A stretch of 64,000 bases of DNA, from assembly GCF_022045235.1 (NCBI RefSeq), contig NW_027266274.1:11842001-11906000 (forward strand). Direction: 5' to 3'. The stretch comes from Haliotis cracherodii (lineage: Eukaryota). Under the pieces are notes generated by a model. That model did no database searches and was not told where the DNA came from. It saw only the letters and a program-made list of their open reading frames with translations. Both the position numbers and the translations under genes were made by a program. Position 1 is the stretch's first letter. Each line of letters begins with the position of its first letter. Positions 62,305 to 64,000 of the stretch are shown one piece after another.

Positions 62305-64000
62305 GTATGTTGTATTCTACACCTATACATGTTGGGAATTTATATTATTATACTAAGGCTAATTTACTGTTGTATAGATTTAGCACAAGCTAAGCACAGG
62401 TGCTGTGAACATTTATATTTATGCAGTGCCACCATGATAAAGTCAGGGATAACAATAGAGGAATCATCATACATCAAATTAAATCATGGATGTCATGATA
62501 TGAAAAAACACATTTGTAGTATTATCGGTACCTCATTATAGTCTTTCCTCACTGGATCATCAGCTGAAACACTGTAATATTACTGAAACACTGTTCTCAG
62601 TTGCATTAAGCCAACTCAACCATTCACTATGCAAACTCGCTGACCTGATTATGGCAATTGTGAAAGTATTACTTTCCCTCAGACCTTAGGACATTTATTA
62701 AGTTATGAGGTGTGAGTTGGTATACTGTAATCAAACTACAGGCTATCATGAATACAGGAATATCCAATTTGAAGTCAAATGAGCTTATGTCAGGGTGCAT
62801 TATCTGTCATCTGTCCATAACTAACATGTACACTTTCAAAACCTCCTCTGAATCTACAAGGCCTATGAAACTGAAATCTCAGCAATGATATTCTAAAACA
62901 TGAGGCCATTTACAAAATATCGCTTTTGCATATTACACAGCCATTTCAGATGTGGTATTATGAAACTTGATATGTGTTATGGGGTTTACATTGGTGTATT
63001 TTTTGCTTGATCTGGGAGGAACATCTTAGATATTTACCACTTGATGAGACCCACCAGCGTGGAAATGGTGCTGACAAACCAAGGAAAATAATCATGGTAA
63101 TTATGGGATTTGAACCCATTGTCATAGATTTCTGGCATATGAAAGGGATGCAGCTTAGTATCTGAAAATGTAAAATATTGATAGAAACATTTTATATTCA
63201 TTTTTTGTTTAAAAGTAGACCCAGTGAGATGGGCTGGGCGGAAGGGAAAATAATATGGTTCAAGGACTGTGAGACAGACAGGGATGCAACTCTGCCCAGC
63301 AAATTGAGGTGGCTTCTTGGATGACTGTATTACCTGTGCCTTCTATGGCCTTAAAATTTCACATACCTTATGAAGTTTGTTTGTGTTTTCAATATCTTCT
63401 CTGAAAATCATATTTTCAATAAGCTGAGATTTTGTGTATTTGATCCCACTAGCATGATGCCAATACAACTTCAAGCTGTCAAGACATGGCAACTATATTG
63501 AACATATACTTTTCACCCTTTAGAAAGCCACTTTTGCATTTACGTTATCCAATTTGATATACAGTAATTATTTGCTAAACCCAACAACAGGGTCATATTT
63601 TGCAAGTTTTTCTTATATTTGGAACTGCAACATTTTGTCTTCATGCGCTGCTGCAGCAGTCATGATGAATGTGTTCTTTGACTCGTTTCATTACCAATTA
63701 TTATCCCCCACAACATGTTTTGCGGGGGTATTAAAATGGACATGGTCAGTCCTTGCATTCATACTTCTGTGTAAGATTTTGAAAAAACTTTTACTATTTT
63801 CTTCACCAATCATGGTACATGGATAGGCCTAGTGGTGACTTGGTGCCAGTTGATAGTTTTGGATTTTTGTAAAATGTATCTTTTTAGTTTCCATGGCAAC
63901 AACTTTGACTGAAATAGGAGGGTAGTGATCGTTCTTGGAACATACCTTAAAAATCTACAATATTTCTTCACCAAACTTGACACACAGATCGGTCTAGTGG

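Noticed and set aside
62380-64000. Helentron/HINE-like repeat remnants (CCATGGCAAC, TTCACCAAACTTG)
   Set aside because: Only short motifs are recognisable and termini cannot be defined.

Overview
This is eukaryotic, AT-rich, repeat-dominated DNA with no recognisable intact host protein gene. The SINE families look like those of molluscs, probably abalone (Haliotis) or a relative; that assignment is inferred from recalled repeat consensuses. (1) 1-15 kb holds scattered SINEs of four families, an RTE-X-like LINE 3' end and a Penelope-like (Naiad-type) RT remnant. It also holds a 1.6-kb cassette (1104-2739) in which two different LINE-type 3' ends sit head-to-head, each followed by a Penelope-type hammerhead terminus. 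(2) 15021-50442 is a young tandem array of about 4.5 copies of a 7.4-8.0-kb unit built mostly of decayed retroelements, with direct evidence of recombination between units. (3) 50443-57008 holds two related I-group LINEs head-to-tail on the minus strand, the second inserted at the first bases of the first. (4) About 57590-61400 is a frameshifted DIRS1-type retrotransposon (gag, RT, RNase H, methyltransferase-like domain, tyrosine recombinase). (5) At its 5' end (61576-61786) a tRNA-like Pol III cassette overlaps a perfect 59-bp inverted repeat. Read to the first T5, it would give a tRNA-like leader plus a 29-bp hairpin. It may also be a preserved DIRS terminal-repeat (circle) junction. The best candidates for undescribed biology are this tRNA-hairpin unit and the hammerhead-flanked double-LINE cassette with its orphan ORF. 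Most short ORFs in the track are spurious.
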